A stretch of DNA of 63,863 nucleotides, filler included, from Octopus bimaculoides (lineage: Eukaryota), in NCBI RefSeq assembly GCF_001194135.2. It is 6 parts of 6 records of this genome, joined end to end, with 100 filler letters (N's around TTAATTAATTAA, not from the genome) between each part and the next. Parts side by side here need not be neighbours in the genome. Positions count along the whole stretch, not along the records: positions 62,404 to 63,863 come from NW_026343146.1; 5 more parts are not named here. The stretch is one strand, 5' to 3'. The position numbers were made by a program, and so were the translations under genes. This document shows, piece after piece, positions 63,366 through 63,863 of this stretch. The number at the start of each line of letters is the position of its first letter. The first letter of the stretch is position 1. The notes beneath the pieces were generated by a model, which did no database searches, was not told where the DNA came from, and saw only the letters and a list, made by a program, of their open reading frames with translations.

Positions 63366-63863
63366 GCCACGATAAATCGTGTTAAAAACTCATGGAAAGA
63401 AAGTTTGTTTGATACCAATAATATTCCTGCTACAACGCCTTAACATCGCCAGCGGCATTCCTGCGAGCCATAGCGAAATTAGGCAGTTGCTTCCCTAAGT
63501 TGCGTTAAGCCATGTGGTGTCCGGCCACTTGTTGAATTGATGTTTTTTCTTTCCTGTTTCTTCGCTCCTGTTTGTGTTTTTTTGTTGTTGTTTTTTTTCA
63601 GTGGTGGACAAAGCGGTTGTGAATTTGTGTTCTATACACAGGAAGTCATACGATTATAAAACAAACCAAAAGAATTTCTGATTTAAGGACGATTTAGCTG
63701 TTATTTTTAGTACATCTCTCGACTACCCAATATTCTCGTTTCGTTTTCACTCTGACGTATTGATGTTTTTGAATGTCTTTCTCCCCCATAAAAAAAAAAA
63801 TGGTAATTTTTCAGATTAACACCCGCACGATCTTCACTAGGGTGTTAGGGTTTGGGTTAGGGA

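Noticed and set aside
63840-63863. Chromosome end or telomere
   Set aside because: Only about three degenerate units at the window edge; cannot be judged without the adjacent sequence

Overview
AT-rich eukaryotic (metazoan) draft-assembly window, roughly a fifth N-gaps. It is dominated by microsatellites and decayed transposable elements; no intact host CDS, rRNA, tRNA gene or CRISPR array is supportable. The SINE repertoire and repeat landscape suggest an octopus/cephalopod genome (inference from recalled repeat families, not a search). Mobile content: two abundant SINE families (here A and B) plus a third tRNA-derived SINE; a Chapaev3-like (CMC) transposon with an internal deletion; a full-length DD37D/maT-like element; mariner, Tigger and hAT derivatives; Helitron helicase remnants; R4/Dong-type non-LTR elements at TAA-type microsatellites; RTE/APE LINE fragments; and Penelope-like (PLE) RT, GIY-YIG and hammerhead-core remnants. 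Most notable observations: an in-frame RLE to GIY-YIG endonuclease junction, the same Dong-A/microsatellite/Dong-B stacking twice, a head-to-tail SINE array, a fold-back mariner, and a non-TE hairpin cluster with paired CRE sites. Five TTAATTAATTAA inserts inside 100-bp gaps are assembly linkers. Almost all ORFs in the supplied track are microsatellite or gap artefacts. Element boundaries are approximate unless TIRs/TSDs are quoted.
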